A stretch of 64,000 nucleotides of DNA. Origin: Spirochaetia bacterium (lineage in GTDB: Bacteria; Spirochaetota; Spirochaetia; UBA9216). The DNA is taken from the NCBI GenBank assembly GCA_965140585.1, contig OZ223269.1:192001-256000 (forward strand), given 5' to 3'. The notes below the pieces were generated by a model. That model was not told where the DNA came from. It searched no databases and saw only the letters and a program-made list of their open reading frames with translations. Below, one piece after another: positions 46,060 through 57,011 of the stretch. Position 1 is the first letter of the stretch. Every line of letters begins with the position of its first letter. Made by a program: the position numbers and the translations under genes.

Positions 46060-47097
46060 TTATTCGAACATTACTCCGAGAGCTTCATCAACCCAGGCTT
46101 TTCCGCCTACACCGTCGTAGAAATCGGGCCATATCGACTGAGCATTTTTCTGCCAGACTTCCTCATCATTAGGAGCACCGCTGAGAATCATGCCGGCATC
46201 GATACATTTCTTGATTGCTTCGTCCTTAAGCCCTGCGGCAAATGCTCTTTCCCAGGTAACTGCATCCTGTCCGGCTTTAGCTACCTGTTCCTGAAGATCC
46301 GCAGGAAGTTTACTGTAGAATTTCTCGCTGATAAGAAGAGGTCCTGTCCAAAGCATGTAATGAATTTCTGTCACGTATTTCTGAACTTCTTCAAACTTAA
46401 CTGCGGGAATAGTTGTATAAGGGTTTTCCTGTCCGTCGATTACACCCTGCTGAAGTGCTGTAAATACTTCACCCCATGCCATAGGAACCGGATCAATACC
46501 CCAGGACTTGAAAGTCTTGATAGGAAGTTCTGAAGGACTTACACGTATTTTAAGACCCTTGAGATCATCAATAGTCTCAACAGGTTTTTTAGAGTTGGTA
46601 AGAACTCTGAATCCTTTTTCAAAGAAACCGAGGTTTCTGATTCCTGCTTCCTTGATAATTCTTTCGTTCATTCCGGGAACAACTGCATCAAGTGCGTACC
46701 ATGCTTCTTCACTGTTTTTGAAAAGGTAGGGAAGCATTACAACACCGATTGATGGTGCAAGTGATTGAGCGTTACCGGTATAAACGATTCCTGCCTCGAT
46801 AGCGCCTGATCTGAGTGACTGAACAATTTCCTGTTCATCACCAAGCTGTCCGTTAGGATAAAGTTCAACTTTTACTCTTCCTTCAGTATAGCTTTCTACA
46901 AGTTCCTTGAACTTTTCGGCAGCCGGCTGAAGCGGGTCTGATGTTGTAACACCGTGAGCGAGTTTAAGTGTGTAAACTTTTCCGGAATCAGCTGCTCCTG
47001 AAGAAGCTTCCTGATCTCCTCCTGCAAAAACGTTACCAGCAGCAATGCTGAAAATTAAAGCTGCTGTCAACAGGATTATACCTGTTCTCTTTTTCAT
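46060..47097 (-). CDS. dctP: TRAP substrate-binding protein
   Basis: YPNGQLGDE, GFR.LTNSKKP, DLKGLKIRV, EVFTALQQGVIDGQENP. Confidence 0.95.
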   Translation of the reverse strand: MKKRTGIILLTAALIFSIAAGNVFAGGDQEASSGAADSGKVYTLKLAHGVTTSDPLQPAAEKFKELVESYTEGRVKVELYPNGQLGDEQEIVQSLRSGAIEAGIVYTGNAQSLAPSIGVVMLPYLFKNSEEAWYALDAVVPGMNERIIKEAGIRNLGFFEKGFRVLTNSKKPVETIDDLKGLKIRVSPSELPIKTFKSWGIDPVPMAWGEVFTALQQGVIDGQENPYTTIPAVKFEEVQKYVTEIHYMLWTGPLLISEKFYSKLPADLQEQVAKAGQDAVTWERAFAAGLKDEAIKKCIDAGMILSGAPNDEEVWQKNAQSIWPDFYDGVGGKAWVDEALGVMFE

Positions 47098-47140
47098 AAG
47101 ATCCTCCTCTTATATTATATTTCATTTAAAATCATTTCTG

Positions 47141-48424
47141 CTACATACCAATCAGGTTGGGCAGAAATGATGTTATTTGCGGTATTAAGCTGACCATGAT
47201 AAGGGCAGCACTTTCGACTCCTACAAAGATAAGTGCTTCCTTACTGATTCCTTCAATGCTGGATTTGGATATTTCACTTGCCACAAAAAGGTTTATTCCA
47301 AGCGGCGGTGTTTCAAATCCTATTTCACAGGCAATAACAAACATTATTCCGAACTGTACCGGATCGATGCCGAGACTGGTCACGACCGGAAGCAACAGTG
47401 GTGTGAGAATGATAATCTGTGTAGCGCTTTCCATCCACATACCGATAAAGATAAGAAGAAAATCTATCATGAGTATAAGCAGTATAGGATTCTTTATATG
47501 GGTGATAAGGAACTCTGATGTAAGCTGCGGGATCTGATAGATAGACAGCAGCCGTCCGAGCATGGTTCCTGTCGCCATAACTATAAGAACTGTTCCTGAT
47601 GTCTTTGTTGCGTCGATAACAGAATTGCGGAACTCCTTCCATGAATAATCACGGTAAACCACGACTGAAATAAACAGGGAGTAAAGGACTGCAATAACAG
47701 AAGCCTCTGTGACTGTAACTACTCCTGTGTAGATGCCGCCAAGAATAATTACCGGAGCAAGAAGAGCCCATTTTGCATTCCAGATGCTCTTCAGCAGATC
47801 TTTTTTGCTTGCTTTCCCGGTTCCGGACTTGTAGCCCCTTTTCCGGCTGACAAAGAAAACTGCCAGGATTAGAAATAGTCCCAGAATGAGACCAGGAATA
47901 ATACCGCTGATGAACATTCTGGTAATCGAAGCTTCGGCTGATACTCCATAGATTATCATCAGGATACTCGGCGGAATAACAGCGCCGATTCCTCCTGCAC
48001 AGGCAGTAACAGCCCCTGCAAACTCTTTCTTGTAGCCTTCATTGACCATGGTAGGGATAAGCATTGCTCCGATTGCTGCTGTGGTGGCAACACCGGAACC
48101 GGATATGGCAGCAAAGAGAGTACATGCAAGAACTGCAACCATTGCCAGCCCGCCTGAGACATTACCTATTACAGCCCGTGCAAATCCGACGAGCCGTTCC
48201 GTCAGGCCTCCTCTTTCCATAATGGAACCTGCAAGAACGAACATTGGAACTGCTATAACTGTAAAATCATTCACGGCGTCAAATGCAGTCTGTGCCATAT
48301 AGCTCAGAGGCATACCGGCCATAAGAAATCCGGTAATTGATGCAACACCGAGAGAAACTGCAACAGGAACACCTGCAAGCAGGGCAACAATGAAAATAAC
48401 CGTAATTATAAGTATAACCATCAC
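47141..48424 (-). CDS. dctM: TRAP large permease
   Basis: FAAISGSGVAT, IPPSI, TVTEAS, ETPPLG. Confidence 0.95.
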   Translation of the reverse strand: MMVILIITVIFIVALLAGVPVAVSLGVASITGFLMAGMPLSYMAQTAFDAVNDFTVIAVPMFVLAGSIMERGGLTERLVGFARAVIGNVSGGLAMVAVLACTLFAAISGSGVATTAAIGAMLIPTMVNEGYKKEFAGAVTACAGGIGAVIPPSILMIIYGVSAEASITRMFISGIIPGLILGLFLILAVFFVSRKRGYKSGTGKASKKDLLKSIWNAKWALLAPVIILGGIYTGVVTVTEASVIAVLYSLFISVVVYRDYSWKEFRNSVIDATKTSGTVLIVMATGTMLGRLLSIYQIPQLTSEFLITHIKNPILLILMIDFLLIFIGMWMESATQIIILTPLLLPVVTSLGIDPVQFGIMFVIACEIGFETPPLGINLFVASEISKSSIEGISKEALIFVGVESAALIMVSLIPQITSFLPNLIGM

Positions 48425-48433
48425 TTAACTCCC

Positions 48434-48943
48434 TTAATCCACACCAAGTCTGGAGTCAGTGATTTCAAAATCATCATGACTTTTCAGTCTTCGAATCATA
48501 TTAACAATTACCCATGCCGCCATTGTTATGAAAGAAAGCGGAATTATTGCGTAAATAGCTACCATATTGATTCCAGTTGTATTGGAACGGATAGGAAATT
48601 CAAACATTTCAGCAACCATCATTACCCCCAGGGTTCCCATAACAAGCGAGAATGCAGCCCAGATAATATCACCAATGGTTATTACTATTTTCTGTATTTT
48701 TACAGGAAGTTTATTTAGCTGAACTGTAACTCTGATATGCTTATCTTCTCTGGCTCCAAGCATGCAGCCGAAATAGATAATCCATATAAAAAACCATCGC
48801 GATACTTCTTCAGACCAGCTGACTGATTTGTTTACTACATAACGCAGAAAAATCTGCATGCTAAGCAAAAAAATCAGTACTATGAAAAAAACAGTAGTCA
48901 GAAGAGAGTCGGCGGAATATAAGATATTCTTTTTTTTAGCCAT
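48434..48943 (-). CDS. dctQ: TRAP small permease
   Basis: QIFLRY...WSEEVSR..FIW, HIRV. Confidence 0.92.
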   Translation of the reverse strand: MAKKKNILYSADSLLTTVFFIVLIFLLSMQIFLRYVVNKSVSWSEEVSRWFFIWIIYFGCMLGAREDKHIRVTVQLNKLPVKIQKIVITIGDIIWAAFSLVMGTLGVMMVAEMFEFPIRSNTTGINMVAIYAIIPLSFITMAAWVIVNMIRRLKSHDDFEITDSRLGVD

Positions 48944-48980
48944 ATCATCTCCGAAAAATTGTAACTGGATTAGTGTTGAG

Positions 48981-49009
48981 ATTATATGTCCGGTAAATTG
49001 AGGTGTAAA
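48981..49009 (-). promoter_or_regulatory. Promoter of the dctQMP operon
   Basis: TTTACA-17-TATAAT on minus. Confidence 0.5.
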
Positions 49010-49035
49010 TTCAGTTATTTAATGAATTCTTATAA

Positions 49036-50556
49036 TTATTTAAGGTTCCCGCCTGTAATTTTCTTTTTATAGGCTCCTGGACTCAATCCTGTCTGTTTTT
49101 TAAATACTGAATTGAAATATGCTGGATTGTTGTAGCCGACTTCATAGCATATTTCATATATCATGAAATCGGATGCCGCAATCAGATCCCGGGCTTTTTG
49201 AATCCTGAACCTTGTAAGCATTTCCTTAAAGGTTTCATCGCCGTAGTTGTTGAAAATATTGCATAAATGTCCGCTGCTTATGTTGAATTTATCCGCAGTG
49301 CCCTGAAGACTCAACGCACTGTCCGACAGATTCTGCTTCATATAGGCAATTACCTTATCGAGCAGCAGCTGCTGGCTGCCACCCCTTCTCATTGAGAGGT
49401 ATGACATAATCATACTAAGATTCTTTTTCAGTTCGTTGAACATTTCCTCCATAGTCGGACATGAAGTAATCTGCCGGTAGACTTCCATAGCGTTCTCAAA
49501 GAGTTCTGCTGATGAGCCGCCTGCAAGATCCACTATTTTGAGTGATTCAGAAAAAATATTTCCGGTTATCATCAGTCCGTAGGCAAAGGAGTCCTTGCCC
49601 ATTCTGGCAGTATTTTTAATAAGAGATTCAATACTGCTGTTTAATTCATCCACGGTACCGGTTTTTAGAGCCGACAGGATAATGCTGTAATCGAAGGCAT
49701 TTGATTCGGGATTTTCCTCCAGTTTTTCATCTTCATGTTCTTCATGGTAAAAAGTTTTATTTTTGCCTTTCAGAAATTTTCTGGAAACAGCGTTTTCGGC
49801 GGCAAGGCGTGAGGTGTTAAGATTTTCGATTCCCTCGACCGGGTCTCCAATCCCTATAGTAATTGAATACTTGCTGCAGAAATCATCACTTCGAAGGCTC
49901 TTTATAAGATTTCTTGTATTTTTTGCCAGCAGAGCCTCGTTAGGAGCTGAAACTGTGATTATAAGTTCACCGTTTCGTCTTTCGAGTACAAAGATATTCT
50001 CTGCAGAAACTGTGTGTTTTTCCAGACATTTATAGAAATCGTCTGCTTTTCCGGTTGTCGTATTATAATCATCCATCTGTATCACAATTATCCTGAAGTT
50101 ATCACTGCTGTTGAAATCAGCCCTGTTTTCAAGTCTGAGCATGATATCACGGAGTGTTTTCTCTATGCTTGTCTTTCTGTTTTTATCTATGAGCTCTTTT
50201 CTTTTGAGCAGTGCGTTTTCAAGTTCATAATCATCAAGCGGTTTTAGAAGAAATTCCGAGACTCCCAGCCGGACGGCCTTTCTGGCGTATTCGAACTCAT
50301 CATGACCGCTTATTATAATGAAGTGAATATCAGGTTTAATTTCCTTTGCCTCAGCTATAAACTCAAGCCCGTCTATGTATGGCATTCGTATATCAGTTAC
50401 GACGATATCCGGTTTCTGTATTCTTACCAGCTCAAGGGCTTCCCGACCGTCGGAGGCAAGCCCGACAACGTTCATCCCTATCCGATCCCAGTTTACATCA
50501 GCGACCAGGCCTTCTCTGAAAAGCTGCTCATCATCAGCTATTATTACTTTGATCAT
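49036..50556 (-). CDS. YesN-type response regulator (REC + AraC HTH)
   Basis: IADDE, TDIRMP, FLLKP; C-terminal EICYEVGYNNPAYFNSVFKKQTGLSP. Confidence 0.93.
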   Translation of the reverse strand: MIKVIIADDEQLFREGLVADVNWDRIGMNVVGLASDGREALELVRIQKPDIVVTDIRMPYIDGLEFIAEAKEIKPDIHFIIISGHDEFEYARKAVRLGVSEFLLKPLDDYELENALLKRKELIDKNRKTSIEKTLRDIMLRLENRADFNSSDNFRIIVIQMDDYNTTTGKADDFYKCLEKHTVSAENIFVLERRNGELIITVSAPNEALLAKNTRNLIKSLRSDDFCSKYSITIGIGDPVEGIENLNTSRLAAENAVSRKFLKGKNKTFYHEEHEDEKLEENPESNAFDYSIILSALKTGTVDELNSSIESLIKNTARMGKDSFAYGLMITGNIFSESLKIVDLAGGSSAELFENAMEVYRQITSCPTMEEMFNELKKNLSMIMSYLSMRRGGSQQLLLDKVIAYMKQNLSDSALSLQGTADKFNISSGHLCNIFNNYGDETFKEMLTRFRIQKARDLIAASDFMIYEICYEVGYNNPAYFNSVFKKQTGLSPGAYKKKITGGNLK

Positions 50557-52414
50557 TTATCAACTCCTCGCTGAAAGCCGGTATAATTATTCTTACTTCT
50601 GTACCTTCACCATGTCGGCTGCTGAACTCAAGCCCGTAGCCCTTTCCGAAGAAGATTTCTATTCGTTCCTGAATATTCCGCAGTCCATAATTTTCTCTGT
50701 CAGCAAAAGTTCTTCTCTGTATGGATTTTCTAAGTTCTTCAAGCTTTTCTTCAGTCATACCATTTCCGCTGTCTTTCACCATAATCACGATGTTGCGGTC
50801 CACCTGCTGTACAGAAATCAGTATATGCCCCGGTTCGGATTTTTCTTTTATACCATGATAGACTGCGTTTTCAACAATAGGCTGCAGCAGCAGTTTCAGA
50901 ATTTTTCTGCTTCTAAGTTCAGGCGGAAGATTAATTATATACTCGAATTTATTGCTGTAGCGTATTTTTAAAATAGTCAGGTAATGCTCGATGCGTTCAA
51001 GTTCCTCTTCTATTGTAATAACCGCCATTCCCTTGCTTAGACTGCTCCGGAAGAATTTTGCAAGTGAAACAACCATACGTACAACACCGTCATTTTCGCC
51101 GCGTTTGGCAAGGTATTTTATCGCATCAAGGGTATTGTATAGAAAATGCGGATTTATCTGCGCCTGAAGAAGCTGGAGTTCAGTTTTTCGAATTTTTGCC
51201 TGGCTTGAGTATATCTGGGTCATCAGGTCGTCGAGTTTTTCTACCATTATATTAAAGCTTCTACCAAGCTGACCGATCTCATCATTACCCATTTCAGTCA
51301 TTCTGACCTGCAGATTTCCTCCCTCAGCCTTTTTCATAAGAGAACTCATCTGGTAGACCGGTTTAACTATCCCGGAGGATATTTTAACAGCTGCAAAACC
51401 TGCCAGGACACAGCTGATCAGGGGCAGGATAAGCAGAACCCACAGGATGTTGTCCTTATCTGATCTAAGCTCTTTTCGCGGAATTACTCCGACAACCTTC
51501 CATCCAGGGATTTTCAGCACCTGATACAAAACCAGATAATCATCGCTGTCAATAAAATAGGTCTCCTGCTCATCATCTGTTCCAATAAATCTTTCGGTTA
51601 CTATAAGCTCCTGAAAACTCCTTGGATTCAGGGATGGAAGGGCAGATAAATCAGGTTGTTCATCATACTTATCAGGTGACATTAGAATGTTGTTCCTATT
51701 GTCCAGCACCAGTATGTAGCCTGTCTTTCCGAAGGTTGTGTCTGTAATTCGTCTTATTACTTTCTTCTCGATTTCTGCAAGAATGATCCCCGTACGAAGT
51801 CCGGTCTGTCTGTCTATAAACGGGATTCCAAGTGAGAAGAATTCCATATTCCAGTTCGGAGTAGTCTTAACAGCTGCGGACTCTCTATAAGGGCCGGAAA
51901 CTGTCAGGAGGTTTGATTCAAATATTGTTCTGTACCAGGGAGAATCCCTCAGGTCATCATCATTAAATGTGTAGTAATTGGATTTAAATTTACTTTTATT
52001 CAGTCCAAGAACATAGATTCCGAATATTTCTTTCTTGTAGTCGGAAATGAAGTGAAGTTCTGAGCTCACATTAAAGTCTGTCAGATAGCGCTGTTCAAGG
52101 CTGTCAAAATTCTCCCTAAGCCCCTGCTGCAGCGGCATGATATCCTGAACATGATACATAAAGTAGATGGTATCGCTGAACAGATTTTCAAGCTCCTGCG
52201 AGATCCTGTCTATCATTTCGCTGCTGGAGTCGACCGCCATTCTATATACAATTCTTGACGACAGATTAAAGGAGAAAAGGCCGGTGATAAGCGTAGGTAT
52301 AAATGCAAGAAAGAGAAAGAATATAATCAGTTTAGTTTTCAGCGACCTGGAGAAAAAATATTTTATCTCCTGCCAGTAATCGGCTGCACGTGATGACGAA
52401 AATACTGCCACCAC
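50534..52414 (-). CDS. YesM-type sensor histidine kinase (Cache, HAMP, His_kinase)
   Basis: DEIGQLGRSFN, LQAQINPHFLYNTL, LQPIVENAVYHG, DSGNG, GLRNI. Confidence 0.93.
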   Translation of the reverse strand: MVAVFSSSRAADYWQEIKYFFSRSLKTKLIIFFLFLAFIPTLITGLFSFNLSSRIVYRMAVDSSSEMIDRISQELENLFSDTIYFMYHVQDIMPLQQGLRENFDSLEQRYLTDFNVSSELHFISDYKKEIFGIYVLGLNKSKFKSNYYTFNDDDLRDSPWYRTIFESNLLTVSGPYRESAAVKTTPNWNMEFFSLGIPFIDRQTGLRTGIILAEIEKKVIRRITDTTFGKTGYILVLDNRNNILMSPDKYDEQPDLSALPSLNPRSFQELIVTERFIGTDDEQETYFIDSDDYLVLYQVLKIPGWKVVGVIPRKELRSDKDNILWVLLILPLISCVLAGFAAVKISSGIVKPVYQMSSLMKKAEGGNLQVRMTEMGNDEIGQLGRSFNIMVEKLDDLMTQIYSSQAKIRKTELQLLQAQINPHFLYNTLDAIKYLAKRGENDGVVRMVVSLAKFFRSSLSKGMAVITIEEELERIEHYLTILKIRYSNKFEYIINLPPELRSRKILKLLLQPIVENAVYHGIKEKSEPGHILISVQQVDRNIVIMVKDSGNGMTEEKLEELRKSIQRRTFADRENYGLRNIQERIEIFFGKGYGLEFSSRHGEGTEVRIIIPAFSEELINDQSNNS

Positions 52415-52423
52415 TGCAATTTA

Positions 52424-54187
52424 TCACATATTTGCGGAATCTGCTACCATAGCTCGATGCCAGTCAAGGAGTTCTCTCATTTGAACAGGATTGTCGCCTT
52501 TCATGTCTGTCATAACCCGGAACACCGGTTCAGTGCCAGATCCGCGCATCCATAAATAAGCAACGGGCTGGTCGATTCTGTCATTGAGCATAATCTTCAG
52601 CCCGCCGGTTTCTTCACCGCTGCGGTAATCTCTTCCGGTTCCGTTAACAGCCCTCGTCCCTTCATAGTTGATCTCATTCCAGCTGTATATCCCGAATCTA
52701 TTCTGAAGCCAATCTTTTTTTTCTTCGAATTCTTTGAGGAAAACGGCCTCATAATTCGATTTAAGTTCGGCATGAGATATATTACCGATATTCATTTTTG
52801 CTTCTGGTTCATAAGCGCTTGTTGTAGTATATGCCGGCAGACTTTTTACAGCCTCTGTGATGCTTTTATAACCGTCGAGACTAAGAAGCTTGATGATTGC
52901 AAATATTGTGTTCAGAGGGTCTCTGACTGTTGCGGGATGGGTTATATTCCCTCCGTTCGAACCTTCACCTAAAATCCGGACTTCATAGCCTTCAGCCCGC
53001 TTTTCTGCCGCCAGGTTAACCATGTTTGCTTCGCCGACTTCTGCCCTGAATACTTCTGCACTGTAATCAGCAGCTATTTCTTCGATACGCATTGATGTCG
53101 GTCCGTTTACGGCGACTGCGAGTTTTGCTGCAGGATTAAGACGCCTTGCAAAGGATAGTTCAGCCTTCACTGAAAGCGCGAAAACCTCCTGAGCTTCAAG
53201 AATCTCAGCCTTACCGCTGACATCAGAATAATAGACTATATTGCCCCTGTCTCCGTCATTGTCTGGTACATAGCCCATGATGAAGCGGCTGTCTTCAGCG
53301 TGTGCCTTTTCAAGTTCCTCTCTGCAGAGATTAAGTGATGAACCCTCCGGAACTATCCGATGAACGATATCACCGGGACTGTCATTCAGAAACTTTGAGC
53401 TTAAGCCGAAGGAACTAAAAAAAGCCCTGTCTATACTGACGCCTCTGGCTGAACCGTTAAGTTCAGCAATAATACCGATATTTCCAGTTGCTGATTTTAA
53501 TTTATTTATAATTTTATCACGTGCGGGGCCTGCAGGTTCTGATGTAATCACTTCAAGACTGAACTCGCTGTAGGCTGCTGCGGCTTTTAGTTTGTTTTCA
53601 TTTTCAGATTCAAATACAGCGTCAAGATCGGCTTTTGTAACGGTATTGATTAAACCGCAGATCTCTTTTAAGCGGGCGGGATCGGAAGTTGTTTTTCTTA
53701 TGGAGGCAATTAGCTCAGCTGAGCCGGTACCGCCGATAACAGCTCCATCTGAAAGCCCGAATTTAAATCCGTTATGACCTACAGGATTGTGACTGGCTGA
53801 TATGTAGGCAAATCCATCGATGGCTGGATCTGTTTTGGTCCAGGCCATATGCTCGGGTGCTGCAGTAATTCCGGAATAAAGAACCTTCAGCTGTTTTGCA
53901 AGAAATACTGCCGCGGTTACTCCGGCAATGGTCCTTCCGGTGGGTCTGGCATCAGTCCCGAGACTTACGGTTTTTCCGCCTTTTGATTTTATGAAATCGG
54001 CAAACTCTGATGCAATGAGAGCAACAGCTGCAGTATCTTCAGAGCTTATTTCAGCCGCAGATGATTCTTCATTTCCATCTGCGGCGAAAACCTTCCTGTA
54101 GCCTGAGGCGGAAAGAATAAAACTCTTAAAGGATTTTGTAAAACTGTCAAAATCCGGGTTACATTCTGTAATATTCAAATCAGCCAA
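52424..54187 (-). CDS. Alpha-D-phosphohexomutase (PGM/PMM family)
   Basis: DARPTG, SASHNP, PDNDGDR, MRGSGTEP. Confidence 0.9.
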   Translation of the reverse strand: MADLNITECNPDFDSFTKSFKSFILSASGYRKVFAADGNEESSAAEISSEDTAAVALIASEFADFIKSKGGKTVSLGTDARPTGRTIAGVTAAVFLAKQLKVLYSGITAAPEHMAWTKTDPAIDGFAYISASHNPVGHNGFKFGLSDGAVIGGTGSAELIASIRKTTSDPARLKEICGLINTVTKADLDAVFESENENKLKAAAAYSEFSLEVITSEPAGPARDKIINKLKSATGNIGIIAELNGSARGVSIDRAFFSSFGLSSKFLNDSPGDIVHRIVPEGSSLNLCREELEKAHAEDSRFIMGYVPDNDGDRGNIVYYSDVSGKAEILEAQEVFALSVKAELSFARRLNPAAKLAVAVNGPTSMRIEEIAADYSAEVFRAEVGEANMVNLAAEKRAEGYEVRILGEGSNGGNITHPATVRDPLNTIFAIIKLLSLDGYKSITEAVKSLPAYTTTSAYEPEAKMNIGNISHAELKSNYEAVFLKEFEEKKDWLQNRFGIYSWNEINYEGTRAVNGTGRDYRSGEETGGLKIMLNDRIDQPVAYLWMRGSGTEPVFRVMTDMKGDNPVQMRELLDWHRAMVADSANM

Positions 54188-54191
54188 TAGT

Positions 54192-55415
54192 TCAGCCCAG
54201 CACCTTTGCTATTCTGTCCATGGCCTCGTTTACCTTGTCCAGCTCGTTAAATGCGCTGATTCTGATATAGCCTTCTCCGCATTTTCCGAAACCGCTGCCG
54301 GGAGTTGTAACTATTTCCGCTTTATTAAGAAGGAGATCGAAGAAGTCCCATGAATCCATACCGCATTCAATCCAGATATATGGAGAGTTATCTCCTCCGA
54401 AGCATGTATAGCCAAGTTCGGTCATCTTGTTTCTGATTATACCGGCATTCACAAGATAATAATCGGTTAGTGCTTTTACCTGTGCGCTTCCCTCCGGTGA
54501 GAATACAGCCTCTGCCGCCTTCTGAACAGGGTAGGATACACCGTTGAATTTTGTTGAATGCCTTCTGTTCCAAATCTGGTGAAGTGAAGCCTTTTCGCCT
54601 GCTGCTGTGTAGGCAGTACATTCTTCAGGAATGACAGTATATGCACACCTTGTTCCTGTAAAACCTGCTGTTTTTGAAAAGCTTCTGAACTCAATTGCGA
54701 CTTCTCTTGCCCCTTCAATCTCAAAAATGCTCTGGGGGATAGATTCGTCTCTTATAAATGAAACATAGGCCGCATCAAAAAGAATAAGTGCTTGGTTCTT
54801 TCTTGCATAATCGACCCAGGCTACGAGCTGTTCCTTTGTTGCGGAAGCACCGGTCGGGTTGTTAGGAAAGCAGAGGTAAATGAGATCTGCCTTTTCTTTC
54901 GGGGGCTCGGGTACAAAACCGTTTTCCTTTGTTGATTCAAGGTAGACAAGACCATCATATCTTCCGTTGTTCCACACACCTGTTCGTCCTGCCATTACGT
55001 TTGTATCAACATAAACAGGGTAGACGGGGTCCGGTACAGCCACGATGCTGTCGTTTGAGAATATTTCCTGAATGTTACCTGTGTCGCACTTTGAACCGTC
55101 ACTGATAAAAATCTCATTTGCTTTAACACCCGTACCTCTGGGACCGAAGTCAAACTCGGCAATTTTCTCTCTTAGAAAAGCGTAACCCTGTTCGGGACCA
55201 TAGCCCTTGAAGGTTGAAGTTTCAGCCATTTCATCAACGGCGGAGTGAAATGCACTTAAACAGGCTTCGGGGAGCGGTCTTGTAACATCACCTATTCCAA
55301 GTTTGATTATTTTATTATCAGGATTGGCTTCCTGGTATGAGCTTATTCTTCTTGCAATATCGGTGAAAAGATATGAAGCTTTCAGCTTTGCATAGTTTTC
55401 ATTGACTTTGATCAT
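54192..55415 (-). CDS. dapL: LL-diaminopimelate aminotransferase
   Basis: [39 protein letters not shown]. Confidence 0.96.
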   Translation of the reverse strand: MIKVNENYAKLKASYLFTDIARRISSYQEANPDNKIIKLGIGDVTRPLPEACLSAFHSAVDEMAETSTFKGYGPEQGYAFLREKIAEFDFGPRGTGVKANEIFISDGSKCDTGNIQEIFSNDSIVAVPDPVYPVYVDTNVMAGRTGVWNNGRYDGLVYLESTKENGFVPEPPKEKADLIYLCFPNNPTGASATKEQLVAWVDYARKNQALILFDAAYVSFIRDESIPQSIFEIEGAREVAIEFRSFSKTAGFTGTRCAYTVIPEECTAYTAAGEKASLHQIWNRRHSTKFNGVSYPVQKAAEAVFSPEGSAQVKALTDYYLVNAGIIRNKMTELGYTCFGGDNSPYIWIECGMDSWDFFDLLLNKAEIVTTPGSGFGKCGEGYIRISAFNELDKVNEAMDRIAKVLG

Positions 55416-55535
55416 TTAACTGTCCTCTGTGTAAGTTTTTAGTGACTGAATTATAAACAAAAAAAACTGTTGAGTAAATCGGGCGGAATGCTCCTGACAG
55501 CTTTCAAGCCGCCGTTTACCCGGGTATAATGTCTC

Positions 55536-55988
55536 ATGAATATTGACATTATATATCTGGTAACAGCCGCAGCCGTGGCTGTTCTTCTTTTTCTGACAGG
55601 GCTTCGGCTTGGAATTCTGTTCGGTCGGAAGAGGGAGGAGCGCAGCTGGAAAGATTATAAACTTGAACCTATTGTGAAAGACAGGCTTAACCGGTCGAGG
55701 GCTGTCATAGGAGGCCAGTTTGCAGAGCAGCTTGCTCCCTTCCTTCCTGAGTTTCCATTTAATCCGAACGAGTGCAGGTTTATAGGCAAGCCTGTCGATT
55801 TTCTGGTCTTTAAGGGAATGGATGAGGGTGATTTGTCTGAAATTGTATTTGTAGAAGTTAAGAGCGGAAAGGCTAAGAATCTTTCCCGTGTAGAGCGGCA
55901 GCTCCGGGACGTAGTCTCTTCCGGCCGTGTCACATGGGTTAAATATAATGTGCCGGAAAAAATTACGGCAGGGAGGGGATATGAGTGA
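55536..55988 (+). CDS. Membrane-anchored Holliday-junction-resolvase-like PD-(D/E)xK nuclease (Endonuc_Holl)
   Basis: N-terminal TM helix; SRAVIGGQFAEQLAPFLP, RFIGKPVDFLVF, FVEVKSG. Confidence 0.85.
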   Translation: MNIDIIYLVTAAAVAVLLFLTGLRLGILFGRKREERSWKDYKLEPIVKDRLNRSRAVIGGQFAEQLAPFLPEFPFNPNECRFIGKPVDFLVFKGMDEGDLSEIVFVEVKSGKAKNLSRVERQLRDVVSSGRVTWVKYNVPEKITAGRGYE

Positions 55989-56487
55989 GATATTTGATAT
56001 AGTTGATGATGAAGATAAGGTTATAGGGGCTGCAGCCCGCAGCGAGGTTCACGGGAACCCCGAATTGAAACACCGTGTAGTACATGTTCTGGTTTTTAAC
56101 AGCAAAGGAGAACTTTTTCTGCAGAAAAGGGCTGACGATAAGGATATCCAGCCGGGAAAGTGGGATACATCTGTAGGAGGGCATCTTGACCAGGGAGAGA
56201 CATATATGGACGCGGCGCTGAGGGAGACTTCCGAGGAACTGGGAATTATAACAGCTGAAGAAGACTCGTTTTATTTTTTGTATAAATATATGCACAGCAA
56301 CAGCTATGAGACTGAATTTGTAACTACCTACCGCCTGAGCTACGACGGTGAAATAAATCTGCAGCGTTCAGAAATCTCTGACGGCAGATTCTGGTCTTTT
56401 AAGGAGATAGAAACTTCGGATAAGAGCTTATTTACACCGAATTTTCTGGATGAAATCGGAAGATATTTAAAAAAATCTTCTGAATGA
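55981..56487 (+). CDS. NUDIX hydrolase (IDI/YfcD-like)
   Basis: HRVVHV, LQKR..KD..PG.WD, GGHLDQGETYMDAALRETSEELGI; GGAGG SD. Confidence 0.9.
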   Translation: MSEIFDIVDDEDKVIGAAARSEVHGNPELKHRVVHVLVFNSKGELFLQKRADDKDIQPGKWDTSVGGHLDQGETYMDAALRETSEELGIITAEEDSFYFLYKYMHSNSYETEFVTTYRLSYDGEINLQRSEISDGRFWSFKEIETSDKSLFTPNFLDEIGRYLKKSSE

Positions 56488-56531
56488 AAAATCTGATCGA
56501 CGTAAAGGCAATTCTATATTATAAACTATAT

Positions 56532-57011
56532 ATGGATGCTTCGATCATCAATCCGTTTCTGAGTGCAACCATTAATCTCTTTTATGAAATGTTTCTGATA
56601 GAACCCACATATGGAAAGCCGTTTCTCGCAAATTCGACAGGTAACCACAGGTGGGAAATTTCGGGAGTAATCGGTATAGTCGGAAGTCATGAAGGGATTG
56701 TCGTATTAAGAGTAACCCAGCTGATGGCTGAGAAACTGCTGAGTCAGTCAGGGCTTCAAATTACTGATCCTGATGAGATTCCTCAGCTGCGGAATGAGAT
56801 GATCGGTGAATTTGTAAATATCATATCGGGAAATGCCCTTGGAGCTCTTAAGGGGCGTGAGGTGGCTCTTACACCGCCTTTTACTGCTCAGGGAGTTAAT
56901 CACAGTATCTCATGGCCCAGCAAAACTCCCATAATCGGAGTCCCTTTTTCAACTAAATACGGACCGTTTGAAGTTCAGGTAAGTATAACACAAAGCAAGG
57001 AGAATAAATGA
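56532..57011 (+). CDS. cheX: CheX-family CheY-P phosphatase
   Basis: INPFLSAT, ISGVIGIVG...G, GEFVNIISGNA (E-x2-N), TPP. Confidence 0.85.
   Translation: MDASIINPFLSATINLFYEMFLIEPTYGKPFLANSTGNHRWEISGVIGIVGSHEGIVVLRVTQLMAEKLLSQSGLQITDPDEIPQLRNEMIGEFVNIISGNALGALKGREVALTPPFTAQGVNHSISWPSKTPIIGVPFSTKYGPFEVQVSITQSKENK

Noticed and set aside
50375-50971. Long antisense ORFs (also 1383-1919, 19074-19568, 26919-27377, 40293-40796 and others)
   Set aside because: They are shadows of well-supported genes on the opposite strand, with no motifs or SD.
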